Shown here: piece by piece, positions 21,146 through 30,831 of the stretch
Layout: each line of letters opens with the position of its first letter
Position numbering within the stretch: position 1 is the stretch's first letter
Assembly: GCF_003018255.1 (NCBI RefSeq)
Contig: NZ_CP027440.1
From: Escherichia coli
GTDB lineage: Bacteria; Pseudomonadota; Gammaproteobacteria; Enterobacterales; Enterobacteriaceae
Strand: one strand, 5' to 3'
Length of the DNA stretch: 64,000 nt
Notes under the pieces: model-generated
The model's input: the letters and a program-made list of their open reading frames with translations, nothing else
Database searches by the model: none
Told to the model about the DNA's origin: nothing
Translations under genes and position numbers: made by a program

Positions 21146-22357
21146 ATGTGGCCTTTCAGAAGAAAAAAAGAGCAGCGCAGCATGACGCTTGATAAGTTTA
21201 TGGCGCTGGCTGGCACATCGAACACGGGGGCGGGTGAGTACGTATCATCGGGGACAGCGGAATCACTGCCCGCCGTCATGAACGCCGTGACGGTCATCTC
21301 TGAGGCGGTGGCTACCATGCCGTGTTACCTGTACCTGGTACGCAATGAGAAGGGGAAGGAGGCCCGCGAGTGGCTTGATTCTCATCCGGTCGATCACATC
21401 CTCAACGAGCGCCCGAACGCGTGGCAGACTCCCTACCAGTTTAAGCGAATGATGATCCGCCACTGCCTGTTAAACGGTAATGCTTATGCGGTGATTCAGT
21501 GGGGGCGTGATGGTTTTCCGGTGGCTTTACATCCTTACCCGCCGCAGTCGGTGAACGTGGAGCAGACAGGTGATCATAACTGGCGCTACTGCATCACTGA
21601 CGCCTACACCGGAAACACCCGCAACTATTTACCGTGGGAGGTTCTCCACCTTCGTTACTCCACGGATGACGGTTTTATGGGGCGCTCACCTGTAACCATC
21701 TGCCGCGAATCGCTGGGGCTTGGGCTGGCCCAACAACGCCACGGCGCGAGCGTGATGCGTGATGGCATGATGGCGGCAGGGGTTATCACGTCAGGCGAAT
21801 GGCTGGACGGCGTGAAGGGCAAACAGGCATTAGCCGCACTGGAACGCTACAAAGGGGCCAGAAACGCCGGAAAAACGCCCATCCTTGAAGGGGGGATGAG
21901 CTATCAGCAGCTGGGCATGAGTAATCAGGATGCCGAATGGCTGGCCTCCCGTCGCTTCACCATTGAAGACATCGCCCGAATGTTCAACGTCTCGCCGATT
22001 TTTTTGCAGGAATACAGCAACAGCACCTACAGCAACTTCAGCGAGGCAAGCCGCGCATTTCTCACCATGACGATGCGCCCGTGGCTGGCGAACTTTGAGC
22101 AGCAGATAAAAAACGCCCTGCTGGTGGCCTCGCCTGTACCTGGTATCCGGTATCAGGTGGAGTTTGACAGCGCGGACCTGTTACGGGCCACACCTGGCGA
22201 ACGCTTTGCCACCTATGAACGCGGCATCAAATCCGGCGTTATGTGCCCGAACGAAGCCCGCGAACGTGAAGGGCTGTCCCCGCGTGATGGTGGTGATGAG
22301 TTCAGCCAGGCATGGAAACAGGAAGTAAAAATCAGCGAGGGAGAAAAACCGGAATGA
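21146..22357 (+). CDS. Portal protein
   Basis: 403-aa ORF in the head module; portal-like by length and position. Confidence 0.8.
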   Translation: MWPFRRKKEQRSMTLDKFMALAGTSNTGAGEYVSSGTAESLPAVMNAVTVISEAVATMPCYLYLVRNEKGKEAREWLDSHPVDHILNERPNAWQTPYQFKRMMIRHCLLNGNAYAVIQWGRDGFPVALHPYPPQSVNVEQTGDHNWRYCITDAYTGNTRNYLPWEVLHLRYSTDDGFMGRSPVTICRESLGLGLAQQRHGASVMRDGMMAAGVITSGEWLDGVKGKQALAALERYKGARNAGKTPILEGGMSYQQLGMSNQDAEWLASRRFTIEDIARMFNVSPIFLQEYSNSTYSNFSEASRAFLTMTMRPWLANFEQQIKNALLVASPVPGIRYQVEFDSADLLRATPGERFATYERGIKSGVMCPNEAREREGLSPRDGGDEFSQAWKQEVKISEGEKPE

Positions 22358-22692
22358 ACATAGGGCGACTGCGTGACAGGATAACGATTCAGACCCTGAA
22401 ACAGACCAGGGATATAACCGGCGAAATACTCGAAACGTGGGAGGACGGTCACACACTCTGGGCAAGCGTGAACATGGTCAGCAGCAAGGAGGCCATTTCA
22501 TCGGGCGCAGAGCTGGCGATTGGTACCGTAAGGATCTGGATACGGTACCGGAAGGACATCAACGCCACCTGCCGGATAAAGGTCAGTACGGGGCCGCTGG
22601 CGGGGCGTGTACTGAATATCATCGGGCAGCCGCTGCCGGATGCCGCCAGGACACGCCTTGAAATTCTTTGTCGTGAGGGCGCGGAAAAATGA
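22354..22692 (+). CDS. Head-tail adaptor / head closure protein
   Basis: ATG 22354 overlaps the portal stop (ATGA); MNIGRLRDRITIQ... Confidence 0.55.
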   Translation: MNIGRLRDRITIQTLKQTRDITGEILETWEDGHTLWASVNMVSSKEAISSGAELAIGTVRIWIRYRKDINATCRIKVSTGPLAGRVLNIIGQPLPDAARTRLEILCREGAEK

Positions 22693-22985
22693 CAGAAGAA
22701 CTTATCACCCTGGAAGAAGTGAAACTCCATTGCCGCATCGATGGCGACGATGAAGACCAGTTAATCAGCGGATACATTGCCGCATCGCTTGAGGCGTGCC
22801 AGATACACATAGGCAGGCGCTTTGATGACGGGCTGGAGTTCACGCCAGCCATAAAGATTGGCTGCATGATGTTTATCGCTCACCTGTATGAAAATCGCCA
22901 GATTGTCGCGGATAACGCAAAAACACGCGTACCCATGACGATAGGCGCACTCTGGACGGCTTACCGTGATGTGGGGGTGTACTGA
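22689..22985 (+). CDS. Head-tail connector (gp6-like)
   Basis: 98 aa; overlapping stop/start with neighbours on both sides. Confidence 0.55.
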   Translation: MTEELITLEEVKLHCRIDGDDEDQLISGYIAASLEACQIHIGRRFDDGLEFTPAIKIGCMMFIAHLYENRQIVADNAKTRVPMTIGALWTAYRDVGVY

Positions 22986-23425
22986 TGCCGTGGCAACCAT
23001 TAAGACGATGCACAGAACCAGGCTGTAACAGGCGCGTTAAATCCGGCAAGTGTGAGGAGCACAGGCGGGCGGCATGGCGTGCAGAGGATGCCAGACGAGG
23101 ACACCGCCGCGCGCGTGGATATTCCAGACAGTGGGACAAATACCGCGCCATGTATCTGAGTAAAAACCCGTTATGCGTGCGATGCCTTGAGAAGGGGATA
23201 TATACGCCCGCCGTGGTGGTGGATCACATTATCCCGATTAATGGCGGTGATGATGTTCTCTTCTGGCCCGAATGGAACCATCAACCATTGTGCCAGGCGT
23301 GTCATAACCAGAAAACGAAATGGCTTGATCCGGCAACAAAAAGCAAGCGTGCCGCAGGTGGATTTCGTGAAGAGGAAGAACGGGCTGCTAACCGCAATAA
23401 CTGGATGTATGACGCTGATGAATGA
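22985..23425 (+). CDS. HNH endonuclease (packaging-associated)
   Basis: Cys-rich zinc-finger and HNH motifs (CVRCLEKG...VDHIIPINGG...CQACHNQKT); sits upstream of terS/terL as in cos-packaging HK97-like systems. Confidence 0.8.
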   Translation: MPWQPLRRCTEPGCNRRVKSGKCEEHRRAAWRAEDARRGHRRARGYSRQWDKYRAMYLSKNPLCVRCLEKGIYTPAVVVDHIIPINGGDDVLFWPEWNHQPLCQACHNQKTKWLDPATKSKRAAGGFREEEERAANRNNWMYDADE

Positions 23426-23591
23426 GCGGGAACAAAACCGCCTTATCCGTGGACTTATAAGGCAGCGTGACGCATGGAAGACACAGGAAACAGGGCATAA
23501 AGATAAAGCGTCAGGACGCGCAGAACGCATCACAGCGAAGCGATTAACCGACCGTGACCGCGAGGTTATGGAATGTTTCCGCAATCGCTGA
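23420..23591 (+). CDS. Hypothetical small protein
   Basis: 57-aa reading frame MNEREQNRLIRGLIRQRDAWK... between HNH and terS; may not be expressed. Confidence 0.25.
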
Positions 23592-23713
23592 TGAGGCTGT
23601 ATGACGGGGTGGGGGGCGTTTTCAGGACAAACCCGACCCCGCCGGGCACCGAACGCCTCCTCAAATTTTTATGCACGGGAATTTTTTGAAAAATAATCTG
23701 GCGAAAAATAAGC

Positions 23714-24070
23714 ATGGCAAGACCACCGAAAGCCCCCGCCTACCTGGATGATATCGCCGTGAAGCAGTGGCGGGAAAAATCTAGGCAGCTTGCGGAACGG
23801 GGAGACCTGACCCCCGCCGACTGGAGCAATCTGGAACTGTATTGTGTCAACTACTCCATTTACCGGAAAGCCGTTGCAGACCTTGCGGCGCGCGGGTTCA
23901 GCATTGTTAACAGTCAGGGCGGCGAGAGCAGAAACCCCGCATTAAGCGCAAAATCCGACGCTGAAAGAGTGATGATAAAAATGGCCTCTTTGCTCGGTTT
24001 TGACCCGATAAGCCGCCGTAAAAATCCACCGGAAACAGAAGAAGAGGACGAGCTTGACCGCCTGGAATAA
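23714..24070 (+). CDS. terS: Terminase small subunit (P27 family)
   Basis: 118 aa, MARPPKAPAYLDDIAVKQWRE...; overlaps the terL start. Confidence 0.75.
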   Translation: MARPPKAPAYLDDIAVKQWREKSRQLAERGDLTPADWSNLELYCVNYSIYRKAVADLAARGFSIVNSQGGESRNPALSAKSDAERVMIKMASLLGFDPISRRKNPPETEEEDELDRLE

Positions 24071-25715
24071 GTACGCAGAAGACGTAAAAACGGGCAAAAT
24101 TCCGGCCTGTAAACGGCTGAAACAGGCCGTTAAACGGTACTTTTCGGACCTTGAAAGCCCCCTTTACACGTTCGATCGTGAGGTTGTGGAGCGGTTTATT
24201 GCCTTTTCCAGGGTGTGCCCGCACGTAAAAGGGCCGATGCGTGGCAGACCCATTGAGCTGGAGCCGTGGCAGCAGTTCGCCTTTGCGTGCATCCTCGGCT
24301 TTAAGGTTAAGGCCACCGGACGGCGCAAATACACGAGCGCCTTTATCGAAGTGCCGCGCAAAAATGCGAAATCCACGACCGCCGCGATTCTGGCTAACTG
24401 GTTTCTGATTATGGAGAACGGGCAGCAGGATATTTACACCGCAGCGGTGAGCCGTGACCAGGCGCGGATCGTTTTTGATGATGCGCGTCAGATGTGCCTT
24501 TTATCCCGACCGTTACGCAGGCGGGTGAATATTCAGGCCCACAAGGTGATGCACCCGAAAAGCAACAGCCTGTTAAAGCCGCTGGCAGCAAAAGCGGCAA
24601 CCATCGAGGGAACAAACCCCAGCCTTTCCATCGTGGACGAATACCACCTACACCCCGATAACGGCGTTTATTCCGCGCTTGAGCTGGGGATGGGCGCACG
24701 TCCCGAAGGGCTGTTATTTGCCATTACCACATCGGGCAGTAACGTCGTTTCAACCTGTAAACAGCACTATGATTATTGCTGCCAGATCCTGGACGGCGAA
24801 GAGGTCAACGATTCAATTTTTGTGCTGATTTACGAGCTGGACGACGAAAACGAGGTTGATGATCCGGCGATGTGGATAAAGGCTAACCCTAACATCGATG
24901 TTTCCGTGGATCGTGAAAAACTGGCCTCAACCATCCAGAAAGCGCGGGGTATTCCGTCGCAATGGGTGGAGATGATGACAAAGCGATTTAATATCTGGTG
25001 CCAGGGGGCTACCCCGTGGATGGGTAACGGCGCATGGGCTGAGTGTGCCGGAACGTTCACGGAGGAAGATTTACACGGGCAGGAGTGTTACGCGGGGCTG
25101 GACTTATCATCAACCAGCGATATTTCCAGCGTGTGCTATGCCTTTCCGGTCGGTAAAAATATCATGCTGGTTTCCCGTCATTATCTGCCGGAGTTCCAGC
25201 TACAGAACCCCGCCAATAAAAACCGCGCTGTCTATCGCCAGTGGGCTAAAGCGGGCTGGATACGCACAACGCCAGGTGACTGCATTGATTACGACCGGAT
25301 CAGAGATGACATCATGCAGGATGCGGAGAAATTTAATATCAGGCTGGTGGGCTTTGATACGTGGAACGCCACGCATCTCAGGACGCAATTACAGGGGGCT
25401 GGTTTTGAGGTGGAGCCGTTCCCGCAAACCTACCTCAGATTCAGTCCGGCGGCGAAATCGTTCGAAGTTTTTGTTAACCGCAGGGTGATTGTGCATCGTG
25501 GCGATCCGGTGTTGTCCTGGTCGATGAGTAACGTCGTGATGCAGAGTGACGCGAACGCCAATATCAAGCCGAACAAGAAAAAATCACCGAACAAGATAGA
25601 CCCGAGCGTAGCGGCGCTGATGGCGTTTGGTACATTCCAGGCAGAGCATGAGGATTTTGCTTTTGATATAAGCGACAGCCACCGCCAGAAACTGGAAGAA
25701 TTTAGCGGGGTGTAA
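24054..25715 (+). CDS. terL: Terminase large subunit
   Basis: 553 aa with ATPase and nuclease regions; final large gene before attR. Confidence 0.85.
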   Translation: MTAWNKYAEDVKTGKIPACKRLKQAVKRYFSDLESPLYTFDREVVERFIAFSRVCPHVKGPMRGRPIELEPWQQFAFACILGFKVKATGRRKYTSAFIEVPRKNAKSTTAAILANWFLIMENGQQDIYTAAVSRDQARIVFDDARQMCLLSRPLRRRVNIQAHKVMHPKSNSLLKPLAAKAATIEGTNPSLSIVDEYHLHPDNGVYSALELGMGARPEGLLFAITTSGSNVVSTCKQHYDYCCQILDGEEVNDSIFVLIYELDDENEVDDPAMWIKANPNIDVSVDREKLASTIQKARGIPSQWVEMMTKRFNIWCQGATPWMGNGAWAECAGTFTEEDLHGQECYAGLDLSSTSDISSVCYAFPVGKNIMLVSRHYLPEFQLQNPANKNRAVYRQWAKAGWIRTTPGDCIDYDRIRDDIMQDAEKFNIRLVGFDTWNATHLRTQLQGAGFEVEPFPQTYLRFSPAAKSFEVFVNRRVIVHRGDPVLSWSMSNVVMQSDANANIKPNKKKSPNKIDPSVAALMAFGTFQAEHEDFAFDISDSHRQKLEEFSGV

Positions 25716-25728
25716 TGAGGTCAGCAGC

Positions 25729-26010
25729 ATGACAGAAGCCGAAATACTGCGATTAATCCGCCGCGTCTCTGGAATCAGCCAGCAGGCTGACGAACAGACC
25801 ACGCAGCCGGACAGCGTGACAGCCGAAAATTATGCGCGTGTTGTTGCTGAGGTGATGCGCCGTGATGGTATCCAGCTTAATGATGCGGATATGCGCGACA
25901 TACGGATCCGCGTTCTTGAAATGCTGGCCTACAATCGCCGTGTAGAGATGTACAGGGAGAAAGAGAAAATTACGTACAACTGGAAGAAGCCGGAGCGGTT
26001 ACGGCGGTAA
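25729..26010 (+). CDS. Hypothetical protein
   Basis: 93-aa ORF after terL. Confidence 0.4.
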   Translation: MTEAEILRLIRRVSGISQQADEQTTQPDSVTAENYARVVAEVMRRDGIQLNDADMRDIRIRVLEMLAYNRRVEMYREKEKITYNWKKPERLRR

Positions 26011-26012
26011 CG

Positions 26013-26082
26013 TGTTGATTTAAAGGCGGCTCAATTTTGAGCCTCGTAACTGGTTGATATTTCCGGCAACCTCAATTTGAGG
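26013..26082. repeat. Two tandem GTTGAT...CTCAATTTGAG palindrome units; candidate cos/packaging or operator site
   Basis: Unit 1 gtgttgatttaaaggcggctcaattttgagcc and unit 2 ggttgatatttccggcaacctcaatttgagg, ~40-bp period, in the 400-bp non-coding right end of the satellite. Confidence 0.4.
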
Positions 26083-26413
26083 AGAGCGGAAACATCATCC
26101 CTCACATTCTGAATGGTCATAATGACCACGCAGGCCATCGAGGCAACCATAGCGATCATCGTTACGGTTGGAGCTTTCCGCCATTGGTGGAAAAGGTGCA
26201 CATCTGGATCATCATTACGGTGATCAAGGGTATGTAAAACCCACCAGCCTGATTAAAGGTTAACCGGAAAAAAAATCCGGTAGCCCCGTTATGGGGATCC
26301 CCATATCGACATTAACGCCCCTCATGAATTGGTGCGCTTCCCCCTGGAAAGATTACCCGCCTGTATATTTCTTGTGTCTATTTGTTCCACGTTGTTTCAT
26401 ACAGTGCACCGAA

Positions 26414-26439
26414 CGGTGTAGTTAATGGTGTAGTCAATT
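26414..26439. repeat. attR core of the satellite
   Basis: Identical 26-mer to 12454-12479. Confidence 0.8.
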
Positions 26440-26531
26440 TGCGATTTTTGGCACTTTTTGTAGTGCGGGTTATTTAATTAAATCAATGTGTTATTGAAAA
26501 TAAGTTATAGATATATCCCATTTATAACTCC

Positions 26532-27767
26532 TTATTTCTGCCAGGCAAGTTGATAAAGCATGAGTGCCAACGTTTTGACCCCTTCGGCAAGGTCGGTAAT
26601 ATTGGTGCGTTCCGCCGGGTTATGGCTGATCCCGTTGATGCTGGGAATGAAAATCATGCAGGTCGGCACGCGAGGCGCGAAAATTTGCGCGTCGTGCCCG
26701 GCACCACTGTGCATTACCCGGTAGTTCTGTTTTTCACTTTCACACAATTCTGTCAGGGTGGCGACCAGCTCCTTATTCATCGGCACGGGTTCTTCGTCCA
26801 TCCATAAATCGATATCAATACCAATGTCCATTTCATCGCAAATCGCCCGCATGTCGTTTTCTAACTGCTGGGTGAAATCGCGCAGCACGGCAGCGTCGGT
26901 ATGACGACAATCAATGGTGAACGTGGTTTTACCCGGTACCACATTCACCGTATTCGGACGCGGCTCCACCTTGCCAAAGGTAAGCACCAGCGGGTCGCCC
27001 ATCTTTTTCGCTTTTTCGATCGACTGATGGCAAATGCGACTGAAAGCGTAAACCGTATCACGACGATAACCCATCGGCGTGGTGCCTGCATGGTTTGATT
27101 CGCCGTTCAGCGTCACCGTATAACGACGCTGCCCGACAATTGCATTCACCACGCCAATTGACTGCCCATTACTTTCCAGCACACAGCCCTGTTCGATATG
27201 CAGTTCGACAAAGGCTTTAATATCCTGACGCGGAGTTAGTGGGGCGTTCGGCAGAGTAAATCCGCAAGCCTTCATCGCATCGACAAAACTATTTCCTTTG
27301 GCATCACAGATATTCCGCACGTCGTCAGGATTCGCCAGCCCAAAGATATTTTTACTGCCCCAGAAGACATACGGGAAGCGGCTGCCTTCTTCTTCTGCCA
27401 TCGCCACCACTTCGACCGTACGTAACGGCGCGCCGTATTGCGTTTTCAGCCAGTCAATTGCCAGCCACGCCGCCAGCGCACCGAATTGCCCGTCGAGGTT
27501 ACCGCCGTTAACCACGGTATCGATATGCGAACCGCTCAGAACCACTTCCTGTGGATATTCGGTGCCACTCAGGCGACCGTATAAATTCCCCACTTCATCG
27601 AAACGTGTTTCCAGCCCGCTTGCTGCCATTCTTTTTTTAAACTGCTGCTGAGTTTCCAGCCATTCCGGCGAATAAAGTAAACGGGTCATCCCACCCGCTG
27701 GGTCAGCGCCAAAAGAGGAAAGCCAGGGCAGCGTTTCTTCTATGGCTTGACGGAAATGTGTAATCAT
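26532..27767 (-). CDS. allC: Allantoate amidohydrolase
   Basis: ORF 26532-27785 trimmed to the second ATG (MITHFRQAIEETLPWL); M20 peptidase family. Confidence 0.9.
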   Translation of the reverse strand: MITHFRQAIEETLPWLSSFGADPAGGMTRLLYSPEWLETQQQFKKRMAASGLETRFDEVGNLYGRLSGTEYPQEVVLSGSHIDTVVNGGNLDGQFGALAAWLAIDWLKTQYGAPLRTVEVVAMAEEEGSRFPYVFWGSKNIFGLANPDDVRNICDAKGNSFVDAMKACGFTLPNAPLTPRQDIKAFVELHIEQGCVLESNGQSIGVVNAIVGQRRYTVTLNGESNHAGTTPMGYRRDTVYAFSRICHQSIEKAKKMGDPLVLTFGKVEPRPNTVNVVPGKTTFTIDCRHTDAAVLRDFTQQLENDMRAICDEMDIGIDIDLWMDEEPVPMNKELVATLTELCESEKQNYRVMHSGAGHDAQIFAPRVPTCMIFIPSINGISHNPAERTNITDLAEGVKTLALMLYQLAWQK

Positions 27768-27788
27768 AAGAAAGTCCTGTCTCAATAA

Positions 27789-28838
27789 TTATTGCGCAAA
27801 GGGATTTTTCGTTTCGTATGACGTGTTATAAAGCGCGTCGGAAATTAAATACTGGTAAATATCATCAACAATTTCGATGCCTTCGACGGCGGCTTTGCGT
27901 TGTTTAATATCCTGATCCTGTCCGGGATAATAAACCTGATTAAAACCGGGCGCGGGGGTAATGGCATTTAATTCGCGCATGGTCTGGCTAAGATGTTGAC
28001 GGAATAATTCGCTGGAGGAGAAAAAGTTCGGATTAATAACGATATGTAATTGCCCCAAATTACGCCCGGCGTGTAAATCGTCATACATCGAACTAACCTG
28101 TCGCCCGAACGGTAAGCCGAGTAAGACGCCTGAGAGGACGTCAATCATCATCATCAGGCCATACCCTTTCGGTCCGGCGGCAGGGAGCAGGGCGTTAACT
28201 GCAAATGGATCGGTTGTTGGTGCTCCGTTTTTATCGACCGCCCAGGTATCCGGGATAGACATATTACGCGAGCGGGCGTCGAGCACTTTTCCCCATGCCT
28301 GTACGGTAGTCGCCATATCAAAGGTAAGGATCTCGTCGCCTTCTCCCGGCGCGGCAAAGGTCAGTGGGTTAGTACCGTAGTAAATTTCCGCGCCGCCAAA
28401 CGGCACCACCATTGGATCGGACTGGCACATCGAAATGCCAATTAACCCGGCGCGAGCTGCCTGCTGCACAAAATAAGAGATTGCGCCGCTGTGACCCATC
28501 CGGCTGATACCGACCACCGCAACGCCATTTTGCTGGGCGGTTTTGATGGCATGTTCCATACCCATTTTCGCCGCGACCTGTCCGGCGGCATTGTCGGCAT
28601 GTAAAATTGCCGAGCACGGCCCGGTTTCCTCAAGACGAAACTCCGGTTCGCGGTTGGTGCCGCCTTTTGAAATGCGTTCCGCGTAGTATTCCACGCGCAC
28701 CGCGCCATGAGAGTGGATCCCTCTGGCATCGGCGTAAACCAATACTTCAGCCACGGTTGCAGCGTGCTCACGTTTTAACCCAGCCTGGCAGAGTTTATTC
28801 TCAATTAGCTGGTGGAGTGTTTCCCGACTGATTTTCAT
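27789..28838 (-). CDS. allD: Ureidoglycolate dehydrogenase
   Basis: 349-aa Ldh2-family ORF; synteny. Confidence 0.9.
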   Translation of the reverse strand: MKISRETLHQLIENKLCQAGLKREHAATVAEVLVYADARGIHSHGAVRVEYYAERISKGGTNREPEFRLEETGPCSAILHADNAAGQVAAKMGMEHAIKTAQQNGVAVVGISRMGHSGAISYFVQQAARAGLIGISMCQSDPMVVPFGGAEIYYGTNPLTFAAPGEGDEILTFDMATTVQAWGKVLDARSRNMSIPDTWAVDKNGAPTTDPFAVNALLPAAGPKGYGLMMMIDVLSGVLLGLPFGRQVSSMYDDLHAGRNLGQLHIVINPNFFSSSELFRQHLSQTMRELNAITPAPGFNQVYYPGQDQDIKQRKAAVEGIEIVDDIYQYLISDALYNTSYETKNPFAQ

Positions 28839-29154
28839 CTGTCTTCCTTTTTAACGACGGTGTGAAGCATGACTGCAATTAACATACAGGGAAAATATCT
28901 GGATTATGTGATCCAGACAGGCAAAAAAATATAGTTAGAATTTATTTGATAATCCGCTCGCTTTTAACCTAGTTTTTAAAACAACCACGCTTATTAAAAA
29001 ATAACACGTAATAGCATGGCGGTTATTTGAATTCTTTTGTTAATAATCCCTGTGTGATATTCATCACCTTATTTACTCGTTGTCATCGATACCGTAATCG
29101 CCACATTAACACTGCTCGTGCAATTGCCATGGGTGCAATTTTTAAGGAGTTGTT

Positions 29155-30822
29155 ATGATCCACGCCTTTATTAAAAAAGGGTGTTTTCAGGATTCGGTCA
29201 GTTTAATGATTATTTCACGAAAACTCAGCGAATCAGAAAATGTTGATGATGTTTCCGTAATGATGGGTACGCCCGCCAATAAAGCGTTATTAGATACCAC
29301 AGGTTTCTGGCATGACGATTTTAATAACGCCACGCCGAACGATATTTGCGTGGCAATTCGTAGCGAAGCGGCGGATGCGGGGATCGCGCAGGCGATTATG
29401 CAGCAGCTTGAAGAGGCGCTAAAACAACTGGCGCAGGGGTCAGCCAGCAGCCAGGCGTTGACGCAGGTGCGCCGCTGGGACAGTGCCTGTCAGAAATTAC
29501 CCGATGCCAATCTGGCGCTGATTTCAGTGGCTGGTGAGTATGCGGCGGAGCTGGCGAACCAGGCGCTGGATCGCAACCTCAACGTGATGATGTTCTCCGA
29601 TAACGTCACGCTGGAAGATGAAATCCAACTTAAAACCCGCGCGCGGGAAAAAGGCTTGCTGGTGATGGGGCCGGACTGCGGTACGTCGATGATTGCCGGC
29701 ACGCCGCTGGCTTTTGCTAACGTGATACCGGAAGGCAACATTGGCGTCATTGGCGCTTCCGGTACCGGGATTCAGGAGCTGTGCTCACAGATTGCGCTGG
29801 CAGGGGAGGGAATTACTCACGCGATTGGCCTTGGCGGGCGCGACCTCAGCCGTGAAGTGGGCGGCATCAGTGCGCTGACGGCGCTGGAAATGCTCAGTGC
29901 AGACGAGAAAAGCGAAGTGCTGGCATTTGTTTCAAAACCACCTGCCGAAGCGGTGCGTCTGAAAATTGTTAATGCCATGAAAGCAACTGGCAAACCGACG
30001 GTGGCGCTGTTTTTAGGTTATACCCCGGCGGTGGCCCGCGACGAGAATGTCTGGTTTGCCTCCTCGCTGGATGAGGCCGCTCGTCTGGCTTGTCTGCTTT
30101 CACGCGTCACTGCGCGACGTAACGCGATAGCGCCTGTCAGCAGCGGATTTATTTGCGGTTTGTATACCGGCGGTACGCTGGCTGCTGAAGCTGCGGGATT
30201 ACTTGCCGGACACCTTGGCGTGGAAGCCGACGATACCCATCAACATGGCATGATGCTGGACGCCGACGGACATCAGATCCTCGACCTGGGCGATGATTTT
30301 TACACCGTCGGGCGTCCCCATCCGATGATCGACCCGACCTTACGCAACCTGTTAATTGCCGATCTCGGCGCTAAACCGCAAGTGCGCGTGTTGCTGCTTG
30401 ATGTCGTGATTGGCTTCGGTGCGACCGCCGATCCTGCCGCCTCGCTGGTGAGCGCCTGGCAAAAAGCCTGTGCCGCGCGTTCAGACAATCAACCACTGTA
30501 TGCCATTGCCACGGTGACAGGCACTGAACGTGACCCGCAATGCCGCGCGCAGCAAATCGCCACGCTGGAAGATGCGGGGATCGCGGTAGTGAGTTCGCTA
30601 CCGGAAGCCACCTTGCTGGCTGCGGCGTTAATTCATCCGCTCTCGTCAGCCACACAGCAACACACACCGTCATTACTGGAAAACGTCGCCGTGATTAACA
30701 TCGGATTATGCAGCTTTGCGCTGGAGCTACAAAGCGCCAGCAAACCGGTTGTGCATTACCAATGGTCGCCAGTCGCCGGCGGCAATAAAAAACTGGCTCG
30801 TTTATTAGAACGTTTGCAATAA
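29155..30822 (+). CDS. fdrA: FdrA (acyl-CoA synthetase-like)
   Basis: 555-aa ORF; CoA-binding / succinyl-CoA synthetase-like domains. Confidence 0.85.
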   Translation: MIHAFIKKGCFQDSVSLMIISRKLSESENVDDVSVMMGTPANKALLDTTGFWHDDFNNATPNDICVAIRSEAADAGIAQAIMQQLEEALKQLAQGSASSQALTQVRRWDSACQKLPDANLALISVAGEYAAELANQALDRNLNVMMFSDNVTLEDEIQLKTRAREKGLLVMGPDCGTSMIAGTPLAFANVIPEGNIGVIGASGTGIQELCSQIALAGEGITHAIGLGGRDLSREVGGISALTALEMLSADEKSEVLAFVSKPPAEAVRLKIVNAMKATGKPTVALFLGYTPAVARDENVWFASSLDEAARLACLLSRVTARRNAIAPVSSGFICGLYTGGTLAAEAAGLLAGHLGVEADDTHQHGMMLDADGHQILDLGDDFYTVGRPHPMIDPTLRNLLIADLGAKPQVRVLLLDVVIGFGATADPAASLVSAWQKACAARSDNQPLYAIATVTGTERDPQCRAQQIATLEDAGIAVVSSLPEATLLAAALIHPLSSATQQHTPSLLENVAVINIGLCSFALELQSASKPVVHYQWSPVAGGNKKLARLLERLQ

Positions 30823-30831
30823 GGGGTTCCC

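Larger units (their letters stand above)
12454..26439 (+). mobile_element. Integrated capsid-forming phage satellite (cf-PICI-like), ~14 kb
   Basis: Flanked by identical 26-bp direct repeats; contains int, alpA, P4-type primase, iterons, ssb, head and packaging genes; no tail, lysis or cI genes; splits allC from allE. Confidence 0.8.

Noticed and set aside
12454-26439. Complete temperate prophage
   Set aside because: No tail, baseplate, lysis or cI/Cro-type genes within the repeat-bounded element; replication is P4-type primase plus iterons, which fits a satellite rather than a self-sufficient phage
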